Below are positions 24,539 through 38,122 of a stretch of DNA of 53,544 nt, in pieces. The first letter of the stretch is position 1. The number at the start of each line of letters is the position of its first letter. Position numbers and translations under genes: made by a program. Under the pieces are notes generated by a model. That model was not told where the DNA came from. It made no database searches and saw nothing but the letters and a program-made list of their open reading frames with translations. Source of the stretch: Octopus sinensis (Eukaryota). The DNA lies in assembly GCF_006345805.1 (NCBI RefSeq), contig NW_021834673.1:1-53544 (forward strand), in the 5' to 3' direction.

Positions 24539-24871
24539 ATTCAGGCAGTCATATTCAGGCATTCGCCACCTCGACTCGACCCTTCACGAACAGCTTCCTT
24601 CCTGCCAATTTCTGGGTGAGATCGACTATCCTGTTCGCCATCTCCCACCCGTTGTTGTCCCACCTCGGGGTCTACAGCAGACCAGACCCCAAACAGTTTA
24701 ACCTGTCTTTCCGTTTAGCGGCCTACAACTGTCGGTGGTATGGGTCTGCCTCTCCATCTGCCGATTTGCAGGCCCACCGACTTCTCCTGATAAGCTTTGC
24801 TCCTATCAACGCTTCGTGGACAGTATTGATGACTTGGTCCGTGTCAGCGGATACGAACATTCCACATCCTA
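24539..24871 (-). mobile_element. Tx1-A fragment (partial)
   Basis: Homologous to ~740-1091. Confidence 0.85.
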
Positions 24872-24872
24872 A

Positions 24873-24911
<39 letters not shown>

Positions 24912-25290
24912 GGCATCTGTATTTCTATTATATAATTTCGATTTGAAAAGTTTCAGTCAGCAGTTTATGATGATTGGCGGTGGAAGTGGAAGAGTTTAAA
25001 TGAGAGAGGGTAGAGGGAGTGATAGAAGAGAGAGAGGGGAAAGAAGAGAGGAGGAGAGTGATGTGTACGATTGTTCGTGTGTGTGTGTGTGTGTGTCTCT
25101 GTGTGTGATGTAATATATACATAACCCTGCCTAAGCTTTTCTTTAATATGAAACTGGAGGGAATATCACATTACGATTGCATTAATATGATATAATTTTA
25201 CTGTGAGAAGTGAGTGAAATGTTTAGCCGGAAGAAATTTCCAATAACAATAATAATATTTAATAATTATTTAATAATAATAAAAATAATA

Positions 25291-25326
<36 letters not shown>

Positions 25327-25411
25327 TATTATTATTATTATGTTATTATATTAATTATTATTATTTATGATTATGTTATTATTATTATTATTATTATAAT
25401 TTTATTAATTT

Positions 25412-25925
25412 AGAGAGCAGTGCATGCCATCAAAGTGACACTAGGGTAAAATATACGAAGCCCAGTATACCCATCATGACTACCCGTCTGATAAGGGTAC
25501 ACAAGGCACATGCATCACAACCATATGTGCGAAACATGATGATCTCATATCAATATAAAAAGCACATGACCTTCTATGTGGGGGCCCAGTTAGATTTTCT
25601 TCTGGTCGAGTAACAGATCCTGCTCCAAGGTCCCTGATTAAGGGTTTGTTTAAGGATTTTGAACGAAACAACCCATGTTTCCAGAGGTGAATTATTCAAA
25701 CCCCAAAGAATCCCTCTTAACACATTGCTATGATACTTCCCCACTATTTATCTGCTTGCGATCAGAGATGCACATATCTTCAGCCACTAAGGGACATGCT
25801 CAACTGGTTAACGTCGAGCAACTTACAAGCAAATCTGTGGTATTGAGCAGAATATTTGCTGGAGCCCATCCTCTATACCAAGACGATGGCCTACATCTTC
25901 GTTCAACATCCTTCAACAACCCTTA
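25412..25925 (-). mobile_element. Unclassified (AAT)-tailed retroelement 3' end (copy 2)
   Basis: Homologous to 2150-2656. Confidence 0.55.
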
Positions 25926-25982
25926 CTATTATTATAATTATATTATTATTATTATTATTATTATTGTTATTATTATTATTAA

Positions 25983-26037
<55 letters not shown>

Positions 26038-26038
26038 T

Positions 26039-27400
26039 GCCAATAGGGCCGGCATATCGGAGAAGATAGAGTAGAAAAGGCGGTGAGAGCTGGCAGAATC
26101 TTTATTACGTCGGGCGAAATGCTAAGCGGTATTTCTTCTGCCGTTATCTTCTGAGTTCAAATTTCCCCGAGGTCGACTTTGCCTTTCATCCTTTCGGGGT
26201 CGATTAAAGAAGTACCAGTTACGCACTGTGATCGATATAATAGACTTAATCCGTTTGTCTGTCCTTGTTTGTCTTTTCTGTGTTTAGCCCCTTGTGGGTA
26301 GTAAAGAAACAGGACAGAGTAGACATGGACAGTTGGGATTTAACGCTGAGACAACGAGTACACAGTTAAAAGAATAACAATGATATCCGACCAAAGAATA
26401 TAACAATGAAAGTTCGTAATAGGTGCAGGAATCCCCTGGAGTTGGCTCAGGTACCCACACCCCAATCCTGAACCACTCGACGCTTCGAGGGCATCTGGAA
26501 GAGCACTCTCCTCCCCTCTCAAATTCACTAGCCCAAAGGCGTGTTATTAGAGTAGGTCCACTCACACGTACCATTTTCTCTGTTCATCCACCTTTGGCAA
26601 ATGTACTGGGAGGCAGCACTTCACTCTGCACCCTCATCTTCCTTTCCAAAGGAAATTTGAAAAAGTTGACGAGTGATTGGCCGTAGAGAAAATCTCTGCC
26701 TTTAGTCAGTTTAACCTGGTCCACATACAGCCTCTTTCGCTACTGCTATTAGACATAAGTAATTACCTGACCTCTTCCGGACTATGGAAAGCGGCTGAGC
26801 GATCTTCACTACGGACTCGGCCGATAGATAGAACCACCCTACACGTGATAACAGCTGTTCAACATAACTCCACATGTCAGTAATGCAAGGACACTGGACG
26901 AGTGCGTGCAGAACGATTTCATCGCTCTGCGCATATCTCGGGTAGGTCGGTCAGACAGCAATTCCGTGCTTGTAGAGTTTATCTCGAACCGTCAGTGCCC
27001 CCCGACAGCACTGCAAAACAAGGGACTTCTAGAAGTTATCCATCGTCCCCGTCTTGAAAGTCCTCCTCAACAGACAGGTTAGTTCAATTTTGTCAACGCC
27101 TAGCGTCTCTCCAAGTGCTTCATCGCACTTTCCCTCCACTAACCCTCCATAGAACTTCAGAGTGGACATTCCACTGATTGCATTGTCCACCTGCTAGAGG
27201 ACAGTGAGTGCCTAGCAACATTCCAGATGTCAGTAACACTTCCTCGGTCTCTTCTTGACCCTGGACTGCAGCTTACTCAAGGAGATGAGTTGTGGAAAAG
27301 CCTGTTTGACAAACGATGACCACACCTGTTCACCGTTTAGGCAGAATGTTTGGAGATGCCGCAGCCCCAGTGCATGTCTTCCACACTGCCCAGTGTTCCG
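26039..27400 (-). mobile_element. Tx1-B 3' portion (copy 3) containing SINE at 26076-26312
   Basis: Homologous to 2693-4035. Confidence 0.85.
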
Positions 27401-27543
27401 GAAATCGGAAAGCGAAAGCACAAAACGAAAATGGGAAAAGGGAAAAGTAAAAACAGCATTTAAGAGTTCTCCTCGTTAGACCTTGAATTATAAGGCTTAA
27501 AAAGATATCAAAAATTCAATCAAGAATAGACGGAATTTTTCAG

Positions 27544-29481
27544 TCTTCAAAATATATTTATACTTGACAACGACTGAAATTCCCGACCTAGAGTCCAATA
27601 GAGAATTAAGCATCTTAGATCTGAACAGGATATGCACTCTTTCAGCTAAACAATGTTATATTTATTCGATCCATTCACATAAGTTATGGTTCTCAATTAC
27701 TTACTTCCCATCCAGTCACATGTATGTTTCGTTTTCTCCAAACTTAGCCAGTTTCGTAGCTTTACTTTTGTCCTATGTCGGAAGGGGATTAATGTGATTG
27801 GCATAACGACTTTGAAATTCACCTTAATAAGCAAAGAATTAAAAGAATAAAAGAATTATGTGTGTGTGTGTGTACATGCATACAAAAATACACCCACATA
27901 CGCACGGATATGTACATAAGCGCGCACACACACACACATAGGCGTATGGATTATTGTTTCGGTAAGTTGTGTCCCACGAGAAAAGACACTTCCAGTGCTC
28001 TCATCTGAAAAGTACCAGCATTACCAGGGGGTAACATTGCGACAGACTGGTATCCGGTGTGTTGTATCCTTGTGTGTTGAAATACGTTCGATACCGAGAT
28101 ATACTGGGGGCCTATGAGCCTGTAGATCAGGCAGAGAATTTAGCTTAGAAAATGCTTTAATGTAGATATTCAGGCATGCGCAGTCAAGTGTTTGTGTAAC
28201 GTTTATGGAGTGAAAGTCGATATGAATATGACAAAAAAGAAACACCGTATTTTCCGGTGTATAAGCCGCTATTTTTTACCTGGGAAATTTAGTGTGCCGC
28301 TTAGAGAAAGGTGCGCCTAATTTATGTAACTTTTTTATAGTTCCAGGAGGAAAATAATTTGTGTATGGAGATCGAATGATTCCACTGATTTTTTTTGGAG
28401 AAAAGTCGGTCGATGAAAGACTATTGCTACAGGACATTTGTGCCTGGAAGAAAACAAAGCACATTTGTTTTGTTTAACTTCATGTGTTTGATAATGTTTT
28501 TTTTTATCCAATAAAGAATTTAATATTGACGGAAGGTGTTTGTTGCTGATTATAGTAAGATAAAATATAAAAAAATCAACAATACATCTCAAAGTTGAAG
28601 AATAAAACATTTTGAAAATACATACACATCAACAACAACAAAGCTAGCAGCGGTCACGTGGTTCCATAAGTCTTTATAAAACACCGGTGGGTTTATGTGT
28701 GGATAAAACCAAAATTTTCCCCAAAATTCCAAGCTAAACTTCACAATACAATAATACAAACATTAATAAGCCACCTCAATTGTATAATACTAATCTTAAG
28801 CCAACATTCTACAACCCTGTCTACGAGACGACAAATATTAGTTCCATTACAAACTCCCAATCCGATACTAATATAAATCCTAATTTAGATTCTCCCCACT
28901 AACAATAAACCAACCAACATCAACATTACTAATAGTAAACCACAACCACTTGCAACTGACCGGCTCTGAAATATACGGTATGCAGACACCTGTCTCCTCA
29001 AAAGCGTATCGTATAAGTTTCACGTGATGACCCCGTGCACCCACCAGGCAAGGGTGTATATTTGGGGCACTGAGGATTTTGAATGCCGTTGTCGTTCTCA
29101 TATGAATACTTTCACTAATCCCAAATCTAAACTATTTCAATCTTTAGCAACACACATATACAACCTCAATTCAAAACAATGTCCAATACGCTCTATCGTG
29201 GTCCAGAGTATGTGAAGCTCTCCTATACAACACAAATATAGGTAAATGTATGTTATGTATAAAAGGGTCATTAACTATTCTTCGCCTCCACAACTCCTCA
29301 CTGTTAAATTCTCTGACGTTATTTTTTTATCGTAAGCATAAATATTGCCCGTCATTCATGCACTTCCCAAATTCAAAATAATCAAAGCTGTAATGTAAAA
29401 CAAGTGTCAACCTGACAATCGACAAGTGAACACATTCCAAATAGCTAATATGTGTGTGTGTGTGTCTATGTATACATATAG

Positions 29482-29580
<99 letters not shown>

Positions 29581-30088
29581 TATATATATGAGCATATGCA
29601 ATACATATGAAATATCCAAAATTGCATTTACAAATACATAATATATACATACAAGCTCTTACATACATACATGCAAACACACACACATATACGCACAATA
29701 TATATACATATAAACTCCTACATTAATACACAGTATTAAAAACTTTAAGTAGTCAGCATATATATATAGATACCCACAGAAATATAAATATATATATAAC
29801 ACGCATCCCAAATTTATTCCAAGTATTATGATCAATCGATTTTTCATCCTCCTCTCAGCCTCCTAAATCTCTCCAACACACATCACAAATTTCTTCAAAT
29901 TTTTGCTTTTCAACCGTCTCTACTCTCATTTGACCCTTCTCGGCTTCAAACAATAATTAACAAAAGTCAAATACTAAGAAAAATACTGACCCGATTTTTT
30001 GTACTACTAACATTATTAACCACTCCCTCGTACCTGAAAAGTGTCCGTAAAAAATACCCCTCGTAATTTGAGATGGAATTGCTGTTTC
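27544..30088 (+). pseudogene. LGR-like LRR/hinge exon remnants, copy 3 (about 27544-27755, 28341-28470, 29859-30088)
   Basis: EIPDLESNRELSILDLNRICTL; LLNLSNT...LQTIINKSQILRKI...KKYPS* followed by TGC TGT TTC. Confidence 0.6.
28683..29385 (+). mobile_element. Penelope-like GIY-YIG remnant (copy 3)
   Basis: ORF 29024-29215 reads VYIWGTEDFECRCRSHMNTF. Confidence 0.75.
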
Positions 30089-32584
30089 ATTATTGTACAA
30101 GCTAGAAGGGGATACTCCTTCAACATTCAGATGAATTACTTATTTATTCACATCGTTTAAAATTAAACATACGTTATCTTCTAGCTTTGAGATTTTGATT
30201 ATGTGATTGCTTACTTTTAGAATAACTTTGCATGGTGGTTGTGAAAAGGCTGATCTGTTCAGTTTCAACAACAAACAGGAAGAATATTTGGGCCCGACGT
30301 GGCCAGTGCCAATGCTAATGGGTTAACTGAAAATTACTGAAGTAAAAATAAAAGCATAAAAAAACATTTTAGGTAATTTGGGGACCCCATTTATGAAGTC
30401 TTAAGGGTGGAGAACCTTTTTATCCCATCCTTATGCCGTTGGGAGACTGGACAATGGCCCATAGAAGGCCGATATAATATTGAAAATCGTAACTTACCAA
30501 TAAAGTGCTGTTAGTCTCTGTTCGTAAGAGGTAGTGAATGTTTATATATATCTATATATATATATAATATGTGCGCATATATATATATTGCGTCATTTGT
30601 TTATTACCATACATTTTCATTGAAGTAGCACACAATTATGCATATATACATATTATATATTATGGTGTGTGTGTGTGTTGTGTGTAATATAGATTGGCGT
30701 CTTTATTTTTCTCATTATATGAATCCGATATGAAAGTTTGCGTCAGCAGTCAAGATGGGCGTGATAGTGGAAGAGTGTAAATGAGAGAGGGGAAAGAAAG
30801 TGATAGAAAGAGAGAGAGAGAGGGAGGGAGAAAGAAGAAAAGAGGGTTTTGTGTGTGTGTGTGTGTGTGTTTGTGTGTGTGTTGTGTGATGTTATTAGCT
30901 ACATAACCATGTACTAAGGATTTGGTGAGATTGATACATTTTATTCCCTTCACTTACTCAGTATACCTCCTTCTTCCGCGACATTAGCATTCCAGCAGAA
31001 ATGGAGAAATGAAAATTATGTCACTGTCTGGTGTTGCATGTGTGTATGTTATGTGGTGTTGTATATGCGTCACTGCATGAGACTGTTTACATAGGCGTAA
31101 CTGAAATTAACTTGAAATAATCTAAGTACTATTTTTACAATTGTGATATCTGTGTTGTGTGTGTGTGTGTGTGTGTATATTATTGTATATATATATAATA
31201 TAAACACGCACACACAGTTATCAGAATTATATAAGTATATATTCATGTATTTGTATATATAATATATATAAGTAGGTGAATGAATTATTCTAGCATGGAA
31301 AATTCGTTTAACCGATACCTGGGTAGCAAATTCACGTCGGAAACCAGAGTTGAAGTGACTGTCAAGGGTAGAAACTCCGGGTTCTTGTGTGCAAATTTGT
31401 GTTATTTATATGAATAAATGAAAGAATGGAGTCGACGAGGTTTTTACTCTCGACACATGTTTCGAAGACGGCATAATTTTTTTTATTCCGAAGGATAAAT
31501 GGTGCATTATGCCATCTTCCATCAGGAAAGATTAAGAGCCTCTTTCAGCCACAAGACGAACAAATTTTTGATGATTGCCTACATGGTGACCAGTGACAAT
31601 GAGTGGTTTTTTTAAAATACCGTTATAAGCAATGACTTAAAAAATGGGTAGAAGGAGGGAGTAGTAAAAATAGGTAGGGGACAATATGTCTGCTGTTTTT
31701 ATGAGATGTGCGGTTGTGTGCTTGTGTTAATGATTGCGAGTGATTGTGTATGTGTATGAGTTGTATATAACTGCATTTGTGTCTGTGTGTGTTGTGTTAT
31801 TGTGTGTGTGAGGAGACAAACGTGAAATACCTTAGTAGTAAGGTGTGAAATTTGTGTCTGTGTTTTGATCGTGCGTGTTATAGAGAGGGAATATATTATA
31901 TATATATATATATATTATATAAATATATTACATACGTCAAAGAAATTAGTAGCAATGGAACATAAAAACGTTTAAAGGCGACATTAACCGGAAATGATTA
32001 AAATATTGTTATTCGATCAGACGATAGATTTTTCATCTGTTAGAATCATCTCACTTTTGCTCGATAACTATTGATCATCGATCTCTTCCCATATACAATG
32101 TCAAAAGCCAACATTAAAATGAAGTACATTTCTAAATTCTTTGTTAGACCCTCCAGTGTTCACATTGTCATCCACCATTCTCTTCCTGAAGAATCTCTGA
32201 AGCTTAAGCTGGATGTGCTAGAAATAGCAGCCAAATATTTCCTCTGAGCAGACGATAGATTCATTTAACGATAGTGTCACTTCAGAAAATCAAGTTATCA
32301 ATAACGATAATAATTTAAATGGTATATATAATGATTGACATGGAAGCAAACGATACAAATTCATTTAACAATAGTTCGTTTCAGAAAATTACGTTTGTGA
32401 AATAAAGTATATGATAGAGAAATTATAACAATTCTGAAGAGGAATTAAAGGTTTTAGCAGCTTTAAAGTTATGGGAAAAGAATTTTCGTTATCAAAGTAA
32501 CAATATTTTATACGAAAGAAGGATGACAGGCGAGGATTTTGTGGTGTGAAGGGTCTTCAAGTGTATACGTCCTGGTGTGTGTGT

Positions 32585-32625
<41 letters not shown>

Positions 32626-32700
32626 TGCCTGTGTGTGTGTGATGCACTGAGATATATAACGATTATAATAATTGACACAATTATATTCCAAAATTCTATA

Positions 32701-33112
32701 GGCGCCGGAGTGGCTGTGTGGTAAGTAGCTTGCTTACCAACCACATTGTTCCGGGTTCAATCCCACTGCGTGGCACTTTGGGCGAGCGTCTTCTGCTATA
32801 GCCACGGGCCGACTAAAGCCTTGTGCGTGGATTTAGTAGACGGAAACTGAAAGAAGCCCGTTGTATATATGCATATATATATATTTCTATGTGTGTGTTT
32901 GTGTGTCAGTGTTTGTCCCGCCTTCCCCCCAACATCGCTTGACAACCGATGCTGGTGTGTTTATGTCCCTGTAAGTTAGCGGTTCGGCAAAAGAGACCGA
33001 TAGAAGAAGTACTAGGCTTACATGAATAAGTCCTTGGGTCGATTTACTCGACAAAAGGCGGTGCTCCATCACGGCCACATTCAAATCACTGAAACAAGTA
33101 AAAGAGTAAAAA
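32701..33112 (+). mobile_element. 400 bp SINE (copy 2)
   Basis: Homologous to 9351-9757. Confidence 0.85.
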
Positions 33113-33480
33113 AGAGAGAGAGAGAGCTCATCTGTAACCCAAACATTCAATAGTTTGATGTCCTATTTTCATAGGAGAAGGGGAAGAGGGAGAGGAAAAC
33201 ATGCAGGGGCCTCTAAACTGTTAACGTATTTGTATCTGAGAAAGTCTCCAGTATTCTTGATGCCTTCTGCAAAAAGTGAAAAAGATAAAAAGGAAATTGA
33301 AAGAAAAACTAATTGTCTTCCAGTATCTGTGTGTGTGTCTGTGTGCGTGTGTGTGTGTGTCTGTGTGTGTTTGTGTGTGATGCAATGAGATACATAACCA
33401 TATCTATGAGTTTTTTAATATAAAACTGAAGTGAATATTTATGATAATATTAAATGATAATATTAAATGACATAATTTCA

Positions 33481-33764
33481 TTGTGAAGGAGGATTAATTC
33501 TTTAATGTTTTCCACCACACTACTTGTTTAGCCCCGGGCAGAAGAAACTGCTTTCCTTCCCGGCCTAAAGAAGGTGGCGGGGCGATCTTTACAATGAACT
33601 CGGCTCGTAAACTGGACGGATGAGTGCATGCAGGACTACTTCATCGCCCTGCGCACAACCCAAACATATCCGTCCGACAACGCTTCGTATCTGTAGAGCT
33701 TGTCTTGAATCGGCAGAGCTCCCAGGTAGCACTGCCAGGCCAGGGATTCCTGGAAGTTAAGACC
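33481..33764 (-). mobile_element. Tx1-A zinc-finger-region fragment
   Basis: Homologous to ~1-295; repeated at ~37530-37814. Confidence 0.8.
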
Positions 33765-33915
33765 ATTGCACTACTAGGCACTGCCCACATCCTACGCAGA
33801 ACACTTTCCATACAATAACCATCAGAGCATCACACAAATCACAGCACATACCCAAGGCACACAGAGCTGCGCTCGGTAGTGAAGTGAAGCACGCTATAAA
33901 AATAAAACTACTGAT
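33765..33915 (+). mobile_element. Short 3' end of R4/Dong-like LINE with (AAT)n tail
   Basis: Reverse complement of ~34071-34222; repeated at 37815-37966. Confidence 0.85.
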
Positions 33916-33934
33916 TAATAATAATAATAACAAA

Positions 33935-34040
<106 letters not shown>

Positions 34041-34070
34041 TTTGTTATTATTAATATTATTATTATTATT

Positions 34071-35962
34071 CAGTAGTTTTATTCTTATAGCGTGCTTTCA
34101 CTTCACTACCGAGCGCAGCTCGGTGTGCCTTGGGTATGTGCTGTGATTTGTTGTGATGCTCTGATGGTTATTGTAGTGAAAGTCCTCTGCGTAGGATGTG
34201 TGCAGTGCCTAGTAGTGCAATTTTCTGTATGATATATGTGTTTGTAAGTCCTGGTGTTTTTGTTATGTATTTGTCTGAATATTTTTTTTATCATGCCTAA
34301 TGCACCTACTATGATAGGAATTGTTTCTGTTTTCAGATTCCACATTCTAGTTACCTCTATTTCCAGGTCTTTGTATTTTGAGAGTTTCTCCATTTCTTTT
34401 AGAGACACGTTGTCATCAGCCGGTATTGATACATCAATTAGAAAGCATTTTTTTCTTGATCTCTGACAACTATATCTGGTCTGTTGGCCTTAATTTCTCT
34501 ATCTGTGTGTATCGGCATATCCCAGAGTATTGTTGCTTTCTCGTTTTCTGTAACCTTTTCTGGTGTGTTGCCTATACCATCTTTTTTCTGTTGTTATATC
34601 CATAATGTTGGCATAGCTTCCAGTGTATGTAGGTTCCAACTCTGTCATGTCTGTGAATATATTCCTTCTTAGCCAGGACTGGGCAGCTAGAGATAATATG
34701 ATTTATTGTTTCTTGTCCATCTCCACATATTCTGCAGTTACTTGTAATATTTCTTTTCATTACATGTTTTTGGTAATTTCTGGTGGGGAGGCTTTGGTCT
34801 TGTGCTGCAATTAAAAATCCCTCTGTTTCTGCTTTGAGTCCTGAGCTTCTCAACATTGCTGGGATTTTCTTTGTCTATTTCTTTTGCGTTTAGTTTAGTG
34901 CAGTATTTACCATGAAGGGGCTTTTCTTGCCATCGTTTTATCATGGTTCGTTGCTGTTCTATTTTTAGTTTGGATTTCATTTGTTTTATAGCTTTTGTTG
35001 TTTCTTCATCATCTTCTTCTTCTTCTTCTTCGTGTTTATTAGGTGGTATGATTTCTTGTTGTATTTGTCAGCTTCCTTAAATACTGAGAACAGTTTTTTG
35101 TTTTGCTCGTGTTTTGCTGCTATCTGGATCAGTTTTCCTTCCTTCTGAAGTAGGTATTTTTGCAGTCCTATGGTGGTTATTTATAGTAGTTTTCCAGCTG
35201 TATAAGGCCTCTACCACCTTCTATACGTTGTATATAGTCTTTCTATGTCAGATTTTGGGTGATGCATCCTAGATCCTGTCAGTATTTTTCTTGTTTTCCT
35301 ATCTATTTTGGACAGTTCATTCCGTGTCCAGTTAAGGATATTGTAGCTGTAACTTATAACTGGGACAGCTAAAGTGTTGATACCTATTATCTTGTTTTTA
35401 GCATTGAGCTCTGTTTTTAGTATTGATCTAACTCGTCTATAATATTCTTTTTTCATTTCTCTTTCATTTGTGTGTGTTGTGTCTTATCTAGTTCATGGAT
35501 TCCTAAGTATTTGTAAGTTTGGCTTTGGTCTAATTCTTTTATTTCATTGGTTTTATCTAGTGTGATGTTGTTACTCTTAACTAGTTTTCCTCTTTTCATG
35601 GTTACTTTGGCGCATTTTTCTAATCCAATTTCATATCTATTTCTTTGGTAAATCCATGAACTGTCTTTAATAGTGTTTCCAGCTTTTTGTCATTTGCAGC
35701 GTATAGTTTTAGGTCATCCATATATAAAAGGTGGCTGATCGTTTTGCCGTAACATTTATATCCGCATCCAGTTCTATTTAGCATATCAGATAGAGGTGGC
35801 AGTGCCAAGCAGAAAAAGTGGAGAGAGCGTGGTCTCCCTGGAATATTCCTCTTCTGATGGGGATGTCTTTGGTTTTCATGAGTCCCTCTTTGTTTGGAGA
35901 TGTAGGACTGTTTGCCATTTATTCATAGAGTGCTCTATGAATTTTATGATTGTTGGTGCTAC

Positions 35963-35963
<1 letters not shown>
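34071..35963 (-). mobile_element. 5'-truncated R4/Dong-like non-LTR retrotransposon (RT plus RLE endonuclease)
   Basis: IRRGIFQGD..SP, HLLYMDDLKLY, CRICGDGQETINHIISSC (CCHC), RHD, RPDIV..D..K (PD-D/ExK), KLSKYKDL..PIIVGALG. Both ends lie in (AAT)n; frameshifted. Confidence 0.85.
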
Positions 35964-36022
<59 letters not shown>

Positions 36023-36023
<1 letters not shown>

Positions 36024-36995
36024 TGCCAATAGGGCAGTCATATGGGAGAAGATACGGTAGAAAATGCGGTGAGAGCTGGCAGAATCTTCAGGACGTCGGG
36101 CGAAATGCTTAGCGGTATTTCTTCTGCCGTTACCTTCTGAGTTCAAATTCCTCCGAGGTCGACTTTGCCTTTCATCCTTTCGGGGTCGATTAAAGAAGTA
36201 CTAGTTACGCACTGTGGTCGATATAATCAACTTAATCCGTTTGTCTGTCCTTGTTTGTCCTCTCTGTGTTTACCCCCTTGTGGGTAGTAAAAGAACAGGA
36301 TACATTAGACGTGGACAGTGGAGATTTAACGCTGAGACAACGAGTACACAGTTAAAAGAAGATAACAATGATATCCGACAAAAGAATATAACAATGAAAG
36401 TTCGTAATAGGTGCAGAAATCCCCTGGAGTTGGATCAGGTACCCCACCCCAATCCTGAACCACTCGACGCTTCGAGGGCATCTGGGAAGAGCACTCTCCT
36501 CCTCTCAAATTCATTAGCCCACAGGTGCGTTATTAGAGTAGGTCCACTCACACGTACCATTTTCGCTATTCATCCACCTTTTGGCAAACGTACTGGGAGG
36601 CGGCACTTCACTCTGCACCCTCATCTTCCTTTCCAAAGGAAATTTGAGAAAGTTGACGAGTGATTGGCCGTAGAGAAAAGTCTCTGCCTTTAGTCCTTTT
36701 AACCTGATCCACAATACAGCCTCTTTCGCTACTGTTATAAGAATCGAAGTAAATTGTGTCACCTTCCGGAATGATGGAAAGCGGCTGAGCGATCTTCACT
36801 ACGGACTCGGCCGATAGATAGAACAACCCTACACGTGATAACAGATGTTCAACATAACTCCACATGTCAGTAATGCAAGGACACTGGACGAGTGCGTGCA
36901 GAACGCTTTCATCGCTCTGCGCACCTCTCGGGTAGGTCGGTCAGACAGCACTTCCGTGCTTGTAGAGTTTATCTCGATCCGGCAGTGCCCCCCGA
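36023..36995 (-). mobile_element. Tx1-B 3' portion (truncated) containing SINE at 36062-36298
   Basis: Homologous to ~2693-3640; fused to the 3' half of the 400 bp SINE. Confidence 0.85.
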
Positions 36996-37986
36996 TGCTG
37001 GTGTGTTTACGTCCCTGTAACTTAGCGTTTCGGCAAAAGAGACCGACAGAATAAGTACTAGGCTTACAAAGAATAAGTCCTGGGGTCGATTTACTCGACT
37101 AGAGGTGGTGCTCCAGCACGGCCACATTCAAATCACAGAAACAAGTAAAAGAGTAAAAAAGAGAGAGGGAGAGCTCATCTGTACCCTAAACGTCAATAGC
37201 CTGATGTCCTATTTTCATAGGAGTGAGGGGAAGAGGGAGAGGAAGACATGCAGTGGTCTCTAAACTGTTTAATGTATTTGTATCTGAGAAAGTCTCCAGT
37301 ATTCTTGATGCCTTCTGCAAAAAGTGAAAGATAAAAAAGGAAATTGAAAGAAAAACTAATTGTCTTCCAGTATCTGTGTGTGTGTCTGTGTGCGTGTGTG
37401 TGTGTGTCTGTGTGTGTTTGTGTGTGATGCAATGAGATACATAACCATATCTATGAGTTTTTTAATATAAAACTGAAGTGAATATTTATGATAATATTAA
37501 ATGATAATATTAAATGACATAATTTCATTGTGAAGGAGGATTAATCTTTAATGTTTTCCACCACACTACTTGTTTAGCCACCGGGCAGAAGAAACTGCTT
37601 TTCCTTCCCGGCCTAAAGAAGGTGGCGGGGCGATCTTTACAATGAACTCGGCTCGTAAACTGGACGGATGAGTGCATGCAGGACTACTTCATCGCCCTGC
37701 GCACAACCCAAACATATCCGTCCGACAACGCTTTCGTATCTGTAGAGCTTGTCTTGAATCGGCAGAGCTCCCAGGTAGCACTGCCAGGCCAGGGATTCCT
37801 GGAAGTTAAAGACCATTGCACTACTAGGCACTGCCCACATCCTACGCAGAACACTTTCCATACAATAACCATCAGAGCATCACAACAAATCACAGCACAT
37901 ACCCAAGGCACACAGAGCTGCGCTCGGTAGTGAAGTGAAAGCACGCTATAAAAATAAAACTACTGATTAATAATAATAATAACAAA

Positions 37987-38092
<106 letters not shown>

Positions 38093-38122
38093 TTTGTTAT
38101 TATTAATATTATTATTATTATT

